A DNA stretch of 64,000 nucleotides from Mobula hypostoma (Eukaryota). The translations under genes were made by a program, and so were the position numbers. The notes under the pieces are model-generated. The model was not told where the DNA came from. It saw nothing but the letters and a program-made list of their open reading frames with translations, and did no database searches. Location of the stretch: positions 117,926,001-117,990,000 of the forward strand of contig NC_086097.1 in assembly GCF_963921235.1 (NCBI RefSeq), in the 5' to 3' direction. Positions within the stretch are counted from its first letter, which is position 1; each line of letters begins with the position of its first letter. Below are positions 12,951 through 25,799 of this stretch, piece after piece.

Positions 12951-15900
12951 AGGGTGTATTCTGGAATTATGCGAATACTGTATATTAGATACTAATTCAA
13001 ACAAAAACAGTCTTTATTTCTTCATGCTGATTACCAGAAAGAACTACAACCTACAAATCAGTGAACCTGAATAAGTTAAAAACATTGGAAGTAGACAAAC
13101 AAATTGTCTTTGTTCTAGCCATGTGGTTGAAGGAATGGAGGCTATCATTTTGTGAAGCTGTTCTGCAACCTCCATTCTGTGACTGTCTTGTGAACTGGTT
13201 TTGCTCTGGAATAACTGTATCAAAGTGCTTTAAAGTGGACACAATGATGCTCCTGATAATCTGTTGAACTAGAAATCATTTTTAAATAAGAAGCTATTTG
13301 TGACTAAATGTTCCTTGGTATGATAGAACACCTGGTTTATGAATGGGGGAATTTATGAAAAGGGGAGTCTGTGTCTGCCCTGAGTAACTCAAGGCTAATG
13401 ATTGGCTGGTCTTCTCTGATTCAAAACAAAGAGACATTAATTGCAAGTTGTCACTCGAGAGAAGGGTAATAAAATAATGCTGGCTTGGAACAGGGGCCAA
13501 GGCAAGTTGACACACATAATCTAGATAGGCCAGAAACAATAAGATTGAAGCACAACATTTGAATTGGCAGGGAGTGTATAAAAGTGAGAGGTTTTGAATG
13601 CAAAGCAACAACTACTCTTCAGAGACCAACCATCATGTAAGCAGATGAGCCCATGTCAGGCACGAGGAGATCACATCAGGGCAATGAGGAACATTTGACC
13701 AGACTGGATGCTTTTTCCCGGGTGGTATCTTTTCTCTCCTTTGACTGTTCATGGAAGGTTAGGGAAACCTAATAGGTGTGCACACAGGTATTAGTTGTAC
13801 AAACCCACATGCTTGTGAACTGAACCAATAAGGTACTAGACAGCGATGAGAATTGAACCCGGATCGGTGATTCCTGGTGCTGTAAAGTGATTGTGCCTTA
13901 CCTCTATGCTGCCACGCAGAGAAACACAATGATGCTGCTAGACTTCTTTTTGTGAAGGGTAGCGATGTGATGGGCTGATTGGTCTCTCTCTAGTTTGTGT
14001 GTTTTCTATTGTTAAAAATCCTTGAAGTCATAGAAGAAACAAAGCCTAGAACAGGATACTATATCACACAAAGTGTCTATTCTCTGTTTTCTTCCTTCTT
14101 TCCCTCTGTTTTCAGCTTGTCATAATCTTCATGTCATCTGCTCAGTCTCCTTGCTGTGTTGCCCTTCAACTAATTCATCCAGATGTGAGGACACCTGGCT
14201 GGTGAAAAGCAGAGAAAACAATCCTTCAGCACCTCTCACAACATTACACCAGGTGCCAGACACACAAATTCTAAAATAAACCCTGAAGTGTAACTATTGC
14301 AAATTGCAAGCAAACCCTTAAAACAGTATTAATGGGGAATACTTTCAGATGTAAAATCCATGCTGGGTCAGCACTGAGGCAAAAGAAGATGAAAGTGACA
14401 TTGTTGGTGTTACAGAACAATTTACATCATGACCTCACTGCTCTGTGTAAGGTACAAATCTGCCAATATTGTGCCTCAAAAACAAAAGAAGTGCAGATGC
14501 TGGAAATGTGATATTGAAGCAGAAAACTCAACAGGGCATGCAGCACTCGAAGAAAGAGAAGCAGAGGCAACTCTTCCGAAAGTCAGCAGAAAACAAGCAC
14601 AAAAGATGAGCTGAGAGAAAGAAGAAAAGGAATAAAAGCTGTCATAGTCATCTCACATTTGGTTAAGAGGTAACAAAATTCTGGTGATGGTATTTAGCCC
14701 CTTAATATAGCCAGAATTAAGTGGCATGACATCTGCTACGGAAAACTAAGAAACTTCTAGAAACTACAAAAGCAACGGATACGCAATTATCTATACTGGA
14801 AAATTCACTGAACAATTACATGCATATAGGTGATCACATAAAAATACCAACAAGCATAGGAAGGCTAAACTGATAGAAAAAAACACAAAGAAAATAACAA
14901 TTCTGCACATCAGTCCAACAGACTGTTGGTGATCTTGTTGATCCTTCCATTATAAATCTGTGCAAGTGCTACAGACAGCATTTTGATAACCATACTGCAA
15001 CCTAATGAACTTAATGTTACACAAGGTCTTAAAACTGATTATTAAAAATTTCCCAGCAAGGGAGTGAAATTCAGAAGTATGATATAACTCAGATTAGTCT
15101 GAACTGAATTTTATTTATCTTGGCTTATCTCACTCTGCATTTGTGCATTAACTTCTCAACACGGAAGGGAAAGAGCTTTATAATTTCCTTTACCTCAGAC
15201 ATATTCAGCACTCTCACAAGCTTTTTAAAGTTGTTCAAAGTTCAAACATTCAAAGTACATTTGTTATCAACGTACGTATGCAGTATACAACCCTGAGAAT
15301 CACCTTCCCATCGACAGCCACAAAACAAAGAAAACCAAGGAAACTGTTCAAAGGAAAGCATCGAACACCCCCTACACACAAAAAAAAATTGCAAACAGAA
15401 AAAAGAGCAAAACACAGAATATAAACACAAAATCAAAAGTCCAGACATGTTCAATTCAGCTCAGTTCAGTTTTATCTAGTCCTGTGTTGTTTGTTATCTG
15501 CAGGCTGCCCCGATCAAAATTGCCCAAAATAGCATCAAAAAAAGGAGCGATCTGAAACAGATCATAACATGAGCTACAGAGTCCAGCCCACAAACCGTGT
15601 CAGTTAAACCAGATGAGAAGGAGAGGGAGACCATTCGAATACAGGGCCTTTCCTCTGGGAGCAGTAAGCTGGAGGGAGAGAAAGAGAGAGAGAGATGGTC
15701 ACATGCAGACTCCTCCTTTCAGGAGCAGCGAGCAAGAGGCTGGTAGATGGTGCTAAACACCAGCTTGCCTTCTGCTCTTACCTCAATAATTTCAATCTTC
15801 CTCAACGTTTTAATCAGCAAGATCGGCGAGTAGAACCAAGCAGGGTGATGGAACTTAAGGGGAATTTAGATAGACATTTGAATATGAAGGGAAACGAGAG

Positions 15901-16969
15901 ATACGGATGATACACGGATGTGGGTATTTGGTATCGAGATCAACACAACATCATAGGGTGATTGGCCAGTCCTGACCTGTTCTGTTAGATGTTCTAAGTT
16001 TCAAGATGATTTGAACTTATGTAAATCATTGTTCTCTTAGATCAGTAAGTTGGTGATGCGCACTTTCTGGGTTCAACAAATGGTGCAAAACTTTGTCTTA
16101 ACAATTGTTTTTTGTAACTGCAAGACCCTATTGGACATGATGATACAAAATAATCCAAGCCCGGTTCATCAATTCATTAATGAAAGCTTTTTCAGGGAGC
16201 TGCGTGTCCACAGGTGTGGTGCCATTCAGGCGCATACGTCATGATGTTGCCTGCTACAGAGGATGCTCCAGAGGCAGTATAGGAGAAAATAGAGACATGT
16301 CAGTCATGCTGGGCTGGGGGAGGCTCCCCTGCAGGCCAGTTCTCCCATCAGTGCTGCTCTCCAGTGATCACCCTGTTGAAGACAAACTGGATTGCATTCA
16401 TCTGCAGCTGACCCAGCACAATATGAGGAACTGCTGCGTACTTGTTCTTACAGAAACATGGCTCCATGAAGACATTCAATGCACCATCAATCTTCAGGCC
16501 GTGCCACTCGGGGACTTGTGCTAGTATTATTCTGTGACTGTATGTGCTGGATTGTAACTGTGCGAATATATGGACTGTATGTTGCACCTTGTCCCCAGAG
16601 TAATTATGTTTCATTTAGCTGTATACACAAGTATAGTTGAATTACAATTAAACTTGAACTTGAACTTGAACTTGAAATATTCAGTTTTGTTCATTGCAGA
16701 TCCCATGAATTTATTTGGTCTGTTTTTTTTTAAGATCACAACTAATCATGGAATATGTGTTTTATTCAGAATTCCTACTTCTGTTTTAAATTCCTCTCAC
16801 ATTTGAACATTCATAACTCCAAGAGTCTGCTAAATTAACCCAGTGGGACCAGTTCTTCTCAACATCTGATTTTAAATTTCCAACTAATTAAAAAATAAAT
16901 TCAACTTACAACTGCAGATGCGGACAAATAAACGAATGAAATGGTCATTCCAATTTAAAACATATTTTC

Positions 16970-17165
16970 AGGAACTCAGCAGATCAGGTGGCATGGCATC
17001 TAAGGAGAGGAATAAACAGCTGACTTTTTGGACCAGGATCCTGCATTAGGCCTGATGCAGAGTCTCGAACCAAAACGTCAACTGTTTATTACTCTCCATA
17101 GATTCTGCCTAACCTATTGAGTACCTTCAGCGTGCTCTGAGTTTCCAGCATCTGCAGAATCTCTA
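16970..17165. mobile_element. Decayed fold-back PLE-terminus mini-element
   Basis: GGAGAGGAATAAACAGCTGAC pairs with GTCAACTGTTTATTACTCTCC; centre CTGCATTAGG/CCTGATGCAG; ends TTTCCAGCATCTGCAGAATCTC like the PLE terminus. Confidence 0.75.
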
Positions 17166-18678
17166 GTGTTCAAACATATTCTAGTGCCACAGGAGAAGGA
17201 AGAAGATCTGCTTCACAGTGGCAACCACTTTTTTTTTAAGTCTTTGTCAATCAGTACTGTTTACAATGGCTGGGTTGCTTGCCTATTACATTTGTTTATG
17301 GTACAATTCATCTATATAAACTTTACCTTCCCAGGTACAAATTATGAGTGCAGAGTGTAATGTGTTTAACAGTTCAGTTAGCTTTGGTCACTTGCTCTTT
17401 CACTGTCTATGGTTTCACACTTCAACATGTGGCAAATACTCTGGACAGAAAAGGTGCAATGGATCACTTTCACATCCAGCAGAATCCATAGAATGATTTA
17501 GTAATTCTACAAAGTTGAATGACATTAGTTCAAAGTAAAAATAAATCAAGACAGAAACATAAAAAAAACCATATCAGACTTATTAAAGCAGTTTAAAAGA
17601 TATGTACTGGAAATCTTTCAGAATTAGACTTTGGAACCACTAAAAATATACTTTAAAGTATTTAACATTTAATGCTTCTGCTCAGACAGCTACATTTGGC
17701 TCCAGGTAAAGGCTGCTGGCTATGAAAGTACATGTATTGAATAAATATTAGGTCGTGGTTAAAATATTCTGTAAGTGGTGTCTTTTAGAAACATCTGTAA
17801 CACCTGGGACCCAAAACTCATGACTGGTCTAACTCATACACATGTATTAAACAAATAATTAGTGAGAGGGAAAAAGCTGAAATAAAAATGAAAGGTGGTT
17901 TAAGTACAATGCAGCAGTCAGCATCAATGAGAGATGTGGCAGTTTTATGTCCCTGGCAGAGTTTTCCAACAGAGCAGGTTATGTTAAAGGGTTTCAACAA
18001 CATTATTCAAATTTTCTGACCTGCCACCTTGCAATGGATTTACAGTAATATAATTCACCTCATCCCTTTTTTTTGTACACAGACTCCTGGAAAGTGCAGA
18101 GAGTTAAACTCTATTTCTCACCATACGAATTGTATTTCACCATTGATCTCTCCATCTTCTTAGCGTCCTGCAATGTGATGAGTTTGGATTGCATGACTCG
18201 CAGTGGAAGGAGTGTAGGAAACTCAAATCAAGGACAAATTATTGTTGAAGAGATCTTCAACTTGTTTTTTCCACCGGCACTATGTCCCTCTTTGTCACTG
18301 ACAAGATCTTCTCAATTCTTGGTTCTCGGAGGGGGAAATTGTTTTCTGGCAGAGACGCAAAGAACTTCTTTGCAGGAGTTAATCCTGTTGATCTTCAGGC
18401 AGTTTAATCATTGTGCACAATTTTCAGCTCCTACTGATTGTACGTCATTAATAACACACTGTTCAGGAAAAACGCTCCTTGCAAAACCTTCAACACCATT
18501 ATTCTTATGATAATAATTCCATTGTTTCTGTTGATTTGAGACCAAGGTAATGGAGATAATGGAGCAGTCTAGGCTGCGGTTGATGCAGCCATCTTTACAA
18601 TCTCTTGCTGGGATTAAGACTTAATCGAACAGGTATCGAGTCAACATTAGAGGTTATGCTGAATTTGCATGTTCTTTA

Positions 18679-19492
18679 TGTGACGACAAACCAAGTTATC
18701 AGAAGATTGATGCTGATGAGAGAAATAAGTGAGACAATGGAGAAACATTCAAAATGCTAATAAGAGAGATTAACGAGAAAGAAACACATTTCAGAATATT
18801 GACAGACCGGTTGCTTTGAACCTGAACTGTTTAAAGTTTGATGGACAGGCGATACCCCAGCAGGGGGATAAAAAGAACAGGTTCGCTAAGGCATGACACA
18901 CCACGAGATCACGAGATAATGAGACCCTGGAAGAGCGGTGTGCCCCCACAAGTTGTGGGAGTTGGAGGTGTAGTTCGAGGGAACCGACCATAGACTGACA
19001 GGGTGAAAAGGGTACGATCGGCGGGAACCTGGTGTGTGTGTCCGCCCTTGCCTGGGTGCCGGGTTCACCGTGGAGCGGAGTGGAGAGGTCACAGTCGGTG
19101 ACCACAGAAGGTGTAAAAAAGGGCCCACCTGAAAGCCAACTGCAAAGAACATCAAAGGTCTGCTGAATCAGATTTGAATATCTCTATCTCTCTCTCTCTC
19201 CAATGGCACAACAACAATTACTGCGAACTGTACTAAGCTGGACTGAACTCTGTGTCACTTGAGACTGATCATTTTACCCCTAGACTGCGATAGAGCTTGG
19301 TTGATTCCTATCACCCTAGTTCTGTGTACATGTGTGTTTTATCATTGCTAAGCTGTTGCATTTATATCCTTATGATTAGAGTACTGTGTTACTTATTTCT
19401 TTAATAAAACTTTATTAGCTTCTGTTAAACCAGACTCCATCTAAGTGGTCCATTTCTGCTGGTTTGACAACCCAGTTACGGGGTACGTAACA
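18679..19492 (+). repeat. 5' LTR
   Basis: Direct repeat of 24769-25608; TGTGAC...GTAACA; AATAAA at ~19403. Confidence 0.95.
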
Positions 19493-19496
19493 TAAA

Positions 19497-19522
19497 TGGG
19501 GATCTAGTCCGCGATTTTGAAC
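19497..19522 (+). promoter_or_regulatory. Primer-binding site, tRNA-Pro-like (degenerate)
   Basis: TGGGGATCTAGTCCGCGATTTTGAAC just after the LTR resembles TGGGGGCTCGTCCGGGATTTGAAC, the complement of the tRNA-Pro 3' end. Confidence 0.75.
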
Positions 19523-19591
19523 ACCAAATTTGGGACTGGGTAAATTGATTGGGTTAAAATTCCCGAAAGAAAGAAAGGGCAAACAGCAGAA

Positions 19592-22573
19592 ATGGAGATT
19601 GAGGAATTTCTAAAGGCGCCAACCTTGGAGGCATTAGAGGATGCCAGGAGATCAGAATTGGCAACTGTGGCCAAACCGTTGAATCTTTTTAAGGGAAAGT
19701 CGACAATGAGGAGAGTGGAGATGCACAGAGCCATCATAGAGCATTATGTATCTAAAGGTGTGTTTCCCCAAGGGGAGCTGGAGGTGGTATCTATGGGCAA
19801 ACCTGGTGGAGAAGCAGTACAGCTGCAGATTGAAAAATTGAGACTCGAGCACAAGTTCCGTGTAAAACAGCTGGAACAAGAAGAGAGGGACAGGCAGTTA
19901 GAGTGAGAAGAGAGGGACAGGCAGTTAGAACGAGAAGCGAGAGAGAAGCAGAAGGACAGGGAATTTGAGCTGGAGAAGTTAAGGATGACAATAGCGCAGG
20001 GGCCCATGCCGAACCAAGGTGGAGGGTTCAGGGCGACCCAGGAGGTTAGGCTGGTTCCCCCATTTGAGGAGGCCGATGTTGATCGGTACTTTCTACATTT
20101 TGAAAAAGTCGCTGCAAGTCAGGACTGGCCGAGGGATTAGTGGGCTGTTTTGCTTCAAAGCGTACTTAAAAGGAAGGCTCAAGAAGCTTACTCGGCATTG
20201 TTCGCAGAAGATGCCCAGAGGTATGATGTGGTGAAAGAGGCAATACTCAGGATTTATGAGTTGGTCCCGGAGGCATACTGGCAGAGGTTCCGGAATGCGA
20301 GGAAGCAGTGGGGCCGCACATATTTAGAGTTTGCCCGTGAGATGCAGATGTATTGTGAGCATTGGTGCGCCACAAAAGGGGTCAATGGGGATTATAACAG
20401 ACTGCTACAGCTAATACTGATTGAGCAGTTTAAAGGTTGTGTCCCTGAAGGTATGAGACCCTACCTAGATGAGAAAGAGGCAGACACCTTAGCCGCAACT
20501 GCTAAGTTAGCGGATGAATACGCGTTAACGCACAAAGCGAAGTTTACCCCGAGTAAAAGCTACCACAAGGGTAGTCGAGAGGGCGGAGAGAGTCTACCGG
20601 GAAAGTCAGAAAGTAAACCGGGGACTAGTGAGAAGGATAAGGAAGACAGGAAGCAGTTTGGTAGGAAGTCTCCTGGGGTCGTATGCTATAATTGTGGGAA
20701 AGCCGGTCACTTTGCGTCCAGGTGCTTTGCCCCAAAGAAGGAGACGGGGAAAGGAAAAACGACCCCGACTGGCTGTATTGAGCCGGCAAACAAACCGCTA
20801 GGGGAGAAGAGGTCTGATAGAGTTCAGGAAGGGCGCGAGAAGTTTATCTCGGCTGGATTGGTGTCGGTGAAGGAGGGGTTAAACCCGGTTCCAGTACGGA
20901 TCTGGAGAGACACTGGAGCTTGTCAGTCATTGATATTAAAGAGTGTGTTAGACTTCAGTTCAGAGACCCAGACTGGGGAGGTCAGGGTGCTAAAAGGCAT
21001 TGGGAAAGAGACTGAAGCAGTACCTTTGCACCAGATACACCTACAAAGTGACTTGGTCTCCGGACCGGTTACGATCGGGGTGAGGCCCGAACTACTGATG
21101 GATGATGTGGAGGTCTTACTCGGTAATGACCTCACCGGCGGAGAGGTGTACCCAGCAGTAAGATTGACAAGCCAGCCTGCCAGCATTGAGGCCCTGCCTA
21201 TGGACTCACAGGTTTATCCCGTTTGTGCAGTGACACGGCGCATGTCCAGAAAGGCTGTCGAAGTAAATATAGATTTAGCTGAGACGTTTTTACCAGCCTT
21301 GTACCAGAAGGGGTTAGAAAGTGAGAAGGGGTGTAGTGACACGGAAATTGAGGTAGACTTATCATTAGCAAGGAAGGAATTTATACAGGCACAGGAATGA
21401 GACGAGAAGCTGATGGTTTTGACGGAGACAGCTCTCTCCGAAGCAGAATTAAAAAGGGAGCCAGTGGGCTATTATGTGAAGGAGGAAGTACTAAGGAGGT
21501 AATGGAGACCAAGTACCGTGCCCACAGATGAGGAATGGGGGGTGATAGTGCCGAAAATTTATGGGGATGAGATTTTTAACCTGGCCCACAAGATACCCCT
21601 CGGTGGACATTTTGGGGTGAGGAAAACAGTCGATAGAATCATGAAGGAGTTTTACTGGCCGCACAGGAGGAAGGATGCTATTGACAATTGTAGACGTGAG
21701 CTAACACAATTACAGGCTATTGATATGCTAACAGCTTGCCATGATAAGAGATCAGACCTAGTCAGTGTTATCACAAAAATTAATGAGGCTAGGGTGCCAC
21801 CTGATAAGGGGAAAACCCATTTTGAAAAGGTAAGTATGGTGCCGACCAGATGGGAGAACTCTATTGTTCTGGCCAACTTTGCTGATGAGTTCTCTCACTT
21901 AACCCCCGAACAGGGCGAGCCACTGACAAAGCTAATTAACAGGCATGCACACGTATGTCTGGATGTCCCGAGGCGATGCAAAGAGCCGGTACCTGGTGTT
22001 GTTGTCACATCAGGTCAGCCTAGTGAACAACACCCCTATAGGATGATTAATTCAGTGATAAAAGGGCTAAAGAACGCAGAAGCGTATATTGACGATTTAA
22101 TGGTCTGGAGTGACACGTGGGAGGGGCACATTGTGGCAGTAGAGGAACTGTTTACAAAGCTGGCTGAAGCCAGCCTGACAGTGAACCTCGCAAAAAGTGA
22201 ATTCGGCCACGCGAAGGTCACTTATGTGGGATTTGTGGTAGGACAGGGGCAACTGGCTCCGATGCAGGCTAAGGTGTAGGCTATCTCTGAAGTCCCCACC
22301 CCGACAGACAAGAGAGCCCTGAGAAGGTTCTTGGGGATGGTGGGGTACGATCAGATGTTTTGCAAAACCTTTGCGAATATTACCCTCCCTCTTACTAAGC
22401 TCTTGCCAAAGAATGCTAAGTTTGTGTGGGGCGATCTTTGTTATATTTGTCCGGGACAGAAACCACTGAGAATTTACACTGATCACAACCCATTAGTGTT
22501 TTTGGCCACTATGAAGGATAAAAACAAAAGGTTGCTAAATTGGAGCCTGGTCTTAGAGGATATTAAAATAACA
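19592..22573 (+). pseudogene. gag-pol: SCAN-like capsid, CCHC knuckle, aspartic protease, partial integrase, partial RT and RNase H
   Basis: PEAYWQRFR..LILIEQF..LADEY; CYNCGKAGHFASRC; RDTGACQSL; AHKIPLGGHFGVRKT..FYWP; AYIDDL; IYTDHNPL. All pieces lie in one frame separated by point stops; continues as HIKGTENVIADCLSRC at 24600-24650. Confidence 0.9.
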
Positions 22574-24595
22574 TAGAAACATAGAAACATAGAAAATAGG
22601 TGCAGGAGTAGGCCATTCGGCCCTTTGAGCCTGCACCGCCATTTATTATGATCATGGCTGATCATCCAACTCAGAACCCAGCCTTCCCTCCATACCCCCT
22701 GACCCCTGTAGCCACAAGGGCCATATCTAACTTCCTTTTAAACATAGCTAATGAACTGGCCTCAACAGTTTGTTGTGGCAGAGAATTCCACAGATTCACC
22801 ACTCTCTGTGTGAAGAAGTTTTTCCTAACCTCGGTCCTAAAAGGCTTCCCCTCTATCCTCAAACTGTGACCCCTCGTTCTAGACCTCCCCAACATCGGGA
22901 ACAATCTTCCCGCATCTAGCCTGTCCAATCCCTTTAGGATCTTATACGTTTCAATCAGATCCCCCCTCAATCTTCTAAATTCCAACGAGTACAAGCCCAG
23001 TTCATCCAGTCTTTCTTCATATGAAAGACCTGCCATCCCAGGAATCAATCTGGTGAACCTTCTTTGTACTCCCTCTATGGCAAAGATGTCTTTCCTCAGA
23101 TTAGGGGACCAAAACTGCACACAATACTCCAGGTGTGGTCTCACCAAGGCCTTGTACAACTGCAGTAGTACCTCCCTGCTCCTGTACTCGAATCCTCTCG
23201 CTATAAATGCCAGCATACCGTTCGCCTTTTTCACCGCCTGCTGTACCTGCATGCCCACTTTCAATGACTGGTGTATAATGACACCCAGGTCTCGTTGCAC
23301 CTCCCCTTTTCCTAATCGGCCACCATTCAGATAATAATCTGTTTTCCTATTTTTGCCACCAAAGTGGATAACTTCACATTTATCCACATTAAATTGCATC
23401 TGCCATGAGTTTGCCCACTCACCCAACCTATCCAAGTCACCCTGCATCCTCTTAGCATCCTCCTCACTGCTAACACTGCCACCCAGCTTCGTGTCATCCG
23501 CAAACTTGGAGATGCTGCATTTAATTCCCTCATCCAAGTCATTAATATATATTGTAAACAACTGGGGTCCCAGCACTGAGCCTTGCGGTACCCCACTAGT
23601 CACCGCCTGCCATTCTGAAAAGGTCCCGTTTATTCCCACTCTTTGCTTCCTGTCTGCTAACCAATTCTCCACCCACACCAATACCTTACCCCCAATACCG
23701 TGTGCTTTAAGTTTGCACACTAATCTCCTGTGTGGGACCTTGTCAAAAGCCTTTTGAAAATCCAAATATACCACATCCACTGGTTCTCCCCTATCCACTC
23801 TACTAGTTACATCCTCAAAAAATTCTATGAGATTCGTCAGACATGATTTTCCTTTCACAAATCCATGCTGACTTTGTCCGATCATTTCACCGCTTTCCAA
23901 ATGTGCTGTTATCACATCCTTGATAACTGACTCCAGCAGTTTCCCCACCACCGACGTTAGGCTAACCGGCCTATAATTCCCCGGTTTCTCTCTCCCTCCT
24001 TTTTTAAAAAGTGGGGTTACATTAGCCACCCTCCAATCCTCAGGAACTAGTCCAGAATCTAACGAGTTTTGAAAAATTATCACTAATGCATCCACTATTT
24101 CTTGGGCCACTTCCTTAAGCACTCTGGGATGCAGACCATCTGGCCCCGGGGATTTATCTGCCTTCAATCCCTTCAATTTACCTAACACCACTTCCCTACT
24201 AACATGTATTTCGCTCAGTTCCTCCATCTCACTGGACCCTCTGTCCCTTACTATTTCTGGAAGATTATTTATGTCCTCCTTAGTGAAGACAGAACCAAAG
24301 TAATTATTCAATTGGTCTGCCATGTCCTTGCTCCCCATAATCAATTCACCTGTTTCTGTTTGCAGGGGACCTACATTTGTCTTTATCAGTCTTTTCCTTT
24401 TTACATATCTATAAAAGCTTTTACAGTCCGTTTTTATGTTCTCTGCCAGTTTTCTCTCATAATCTTTTTTCCCCTTCCTAATTAAGCCCTTTGTCCTCCT
24501 CTGCTGAACTCTGAATTTCTCCCAGTCCTCAGGTGAGCCACTTTCTCTGGCTAATTTGTATGCTACTTCTTTGGAATTGATACTATCCCTAATTT
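22574..24595 (-). mobile_element. Young 5'-truncated CR1 inserted in the Gypsy RNase H
   Basis: (CATAGAAA)n tail at left; AACA duplicated at 22570-22573 and 24596-24599; host frame EDIKIT|HIKGTEN rejoins across the insertion. Confidence 0.95.
22671..24344 (-). CDS. CR1 ORF2 reverse transcriptase (partial, 557 aa uninterrupted)
   Basis: KSPGPDG, NYRPVSLTS, QHGF, YLDFQKAFDKV, GVPQGSVLGP, KFADDTK motifs. Confidence 0.9.
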   Translation of the reverse strand: MIMGSKDMADQLNNYFGSVFTKEDINNLPEIVRDRGSSEMEELSEIHVSREVVLGKLKGLKADKSPGPDGLHPRVLKEVAQEIVDALVIIFQNSLDSGLVPEDWRVANVTPLFKKGGREKPGNYRPVSLTSVVGKLLESVIKDVITAHLESGEMIGQSQHGFVKGKSCLTNLIEFFEDVTSRVDRGEPVDVVYLDFQKAFDKVPHRRLVCKLKAHGIGGKVLVWVENWLADRKQRVGINGTFSEWQAVTSGVPQGSVLGPQLFTIYINDLDEGIKCSISKFADDTKLGGSVSSEEDAKRMQGDLDRLGEWANSWQMQFNVDKCEVIHFGGKNRKTDYYLNGGRLGKGEVQRDLGVIIHQSLKVGMQVQQAVKKANGMLAFIARGFEYRSREVLLQLYKALVRPHLEYCVQFWSPNLRKDIFAIEGVQRRFTRLIPGMAGLSYEERLDELGLYSLEFRRLRGDLIETYKILKGLDRLDAGRLFPMLGRSRTRGHSLRIEGKPFRTEVRKNFFTQRVVNLWNSLPQQTVEASSLAMFKRKLDMALVATGVRGYGGKAGF

Positions 24596-24768
24596 AACAC
24601 ATATAAAAGGAACAGAAAATGTGATTGCTGACTGTCTGTCAAGGTGTTGAAAACTTAAAGTTCTCTGTATTAGCCGAATAGCTGGTGACCCTGTATATTA
24701 GTGTGTATCTAATAATGTATTCATGCCTATAATTTTTATCCTGGTAAAAATTCTTTGAAGGATAGGGG

Positions 24769-25608
24769 TGTGACGACAAACCAACTTATCAGAAGATTGA
24801 TGCTGATGAGAGAGATAAGTGAGACAATGGAGAAACATTCAAAATGCTAATAAGAGAGAAGAGAGAGAATAACGAGCAGGAAACACATTTCAGAATATTG
24901 ACAGACTGGTTGCTTTGAACCTGAACTGTTTGAAGTTTGATGGACAGGCGATACCCCAGCAGGGGGATAAAAAGAACAGGTTCGCTAAGGCATGACACAC
25001 CACAAGATCACGAGATAATGAGACCCTGGAAGAGCGGTGTGCCCCCACAAGTTGGTGGAGTTGGAGGTCAGGTTCGAGGGAACTGACCATAGACTGACAG
25101 GGTGAAAAGGGTACGATTGGCGGGAACCTGGTGTGTGTGTCCGCCCTTGCCTGGGTGCCGGGTTCACCGTGGAAGAACGGTCGTATCCGGAGTGGAGGGG
25201 TCACAGTTGGTGACCACAGAAGACATAAATAAGGGTCTGCCCGAAAGCCAACTGCGAAGAACATCAAAGGTCTGCTGAATCAGATTTGCATATCTCTATC
25301 TCTCTCTCTCTCTCTCCAACGGCACAACAGCGATTACTGCGAACTGTACTAAGCTGGACTGAACTCTGCGTCACTTGAGACTGATCATTTTACCCCGAGA
25401 CTACGATAGAGCTTGGTTGATTCCTATTACCCTAGTTCTGTGTGCATGCGTGTTTTATCATTGCTAACCTGTTGCATATATATACTTACGATTAGTGTAC
25501 TGTGTTACTTATTTCTTTAATAAAACTTTATTAGCTTCTGTTAAACCAGACTCCAACTAAGTGGTCCATTTCTGCTGGTTTGGCAACCCAGTTATGGGGT
25601 ACGTAACA
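24769..25608 (+). repeat. 3' LTR
   Basis: Direct repeat of 18679-19492, preceded by a polypurine tract. Confidence 0.95.
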
Positions 25609-25799
25609 TTTAAAACTAAATGCTGGTGTGCAGACGCAATGTTCCTCAGATTATCTGCATGAACTCCGTATTCATATGAAATAGAAATATATTGTTGCTC
25701 TTTATTCTAAATATGCTGTTTTGGCAGCAGAAAAGCTACTGTTGGAGGGCTTACTTAAGGCAGCAAACAAGTGGATTTTTAAAAAGTTTGTCCAAGGAA

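Larger units (their letters stand above)
18679..25608 (+). mobile_element. Gmr1-like Ty3/Gypsy LTR retrotransposon, non-autonomous, with nested CR1
   Basis: TG...CA LTRs at 18679-19492 and 24769-25608; 4-bp TSD TTTA; PBS; PPT AAGGATAGGGG; Gag-PR-IN-RT-RH remnants. Confidence 0.95.

Noticed and set aside
13330..13760. CCAAT-like (ATTGG) and TATAAAA motifs suggesting a promoter or LTR relic
   Set aside because: No termini, TSD or second copy to support a call.
18073..18600. 145-aa ORF as a possible host exon; the minus strand might be a very decayed L1 ORF1 region
   Set aside because: No recognisable domain or convincing splice structure; minus-strand frames contain stops. A profile search would be needed.
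20150..21400. Domesticated SCAN or Gag host gene
   Set aside because: It lies between LTRs with a TSD and has in-frame stops on both sides, so it is a decaying retrotransposon.
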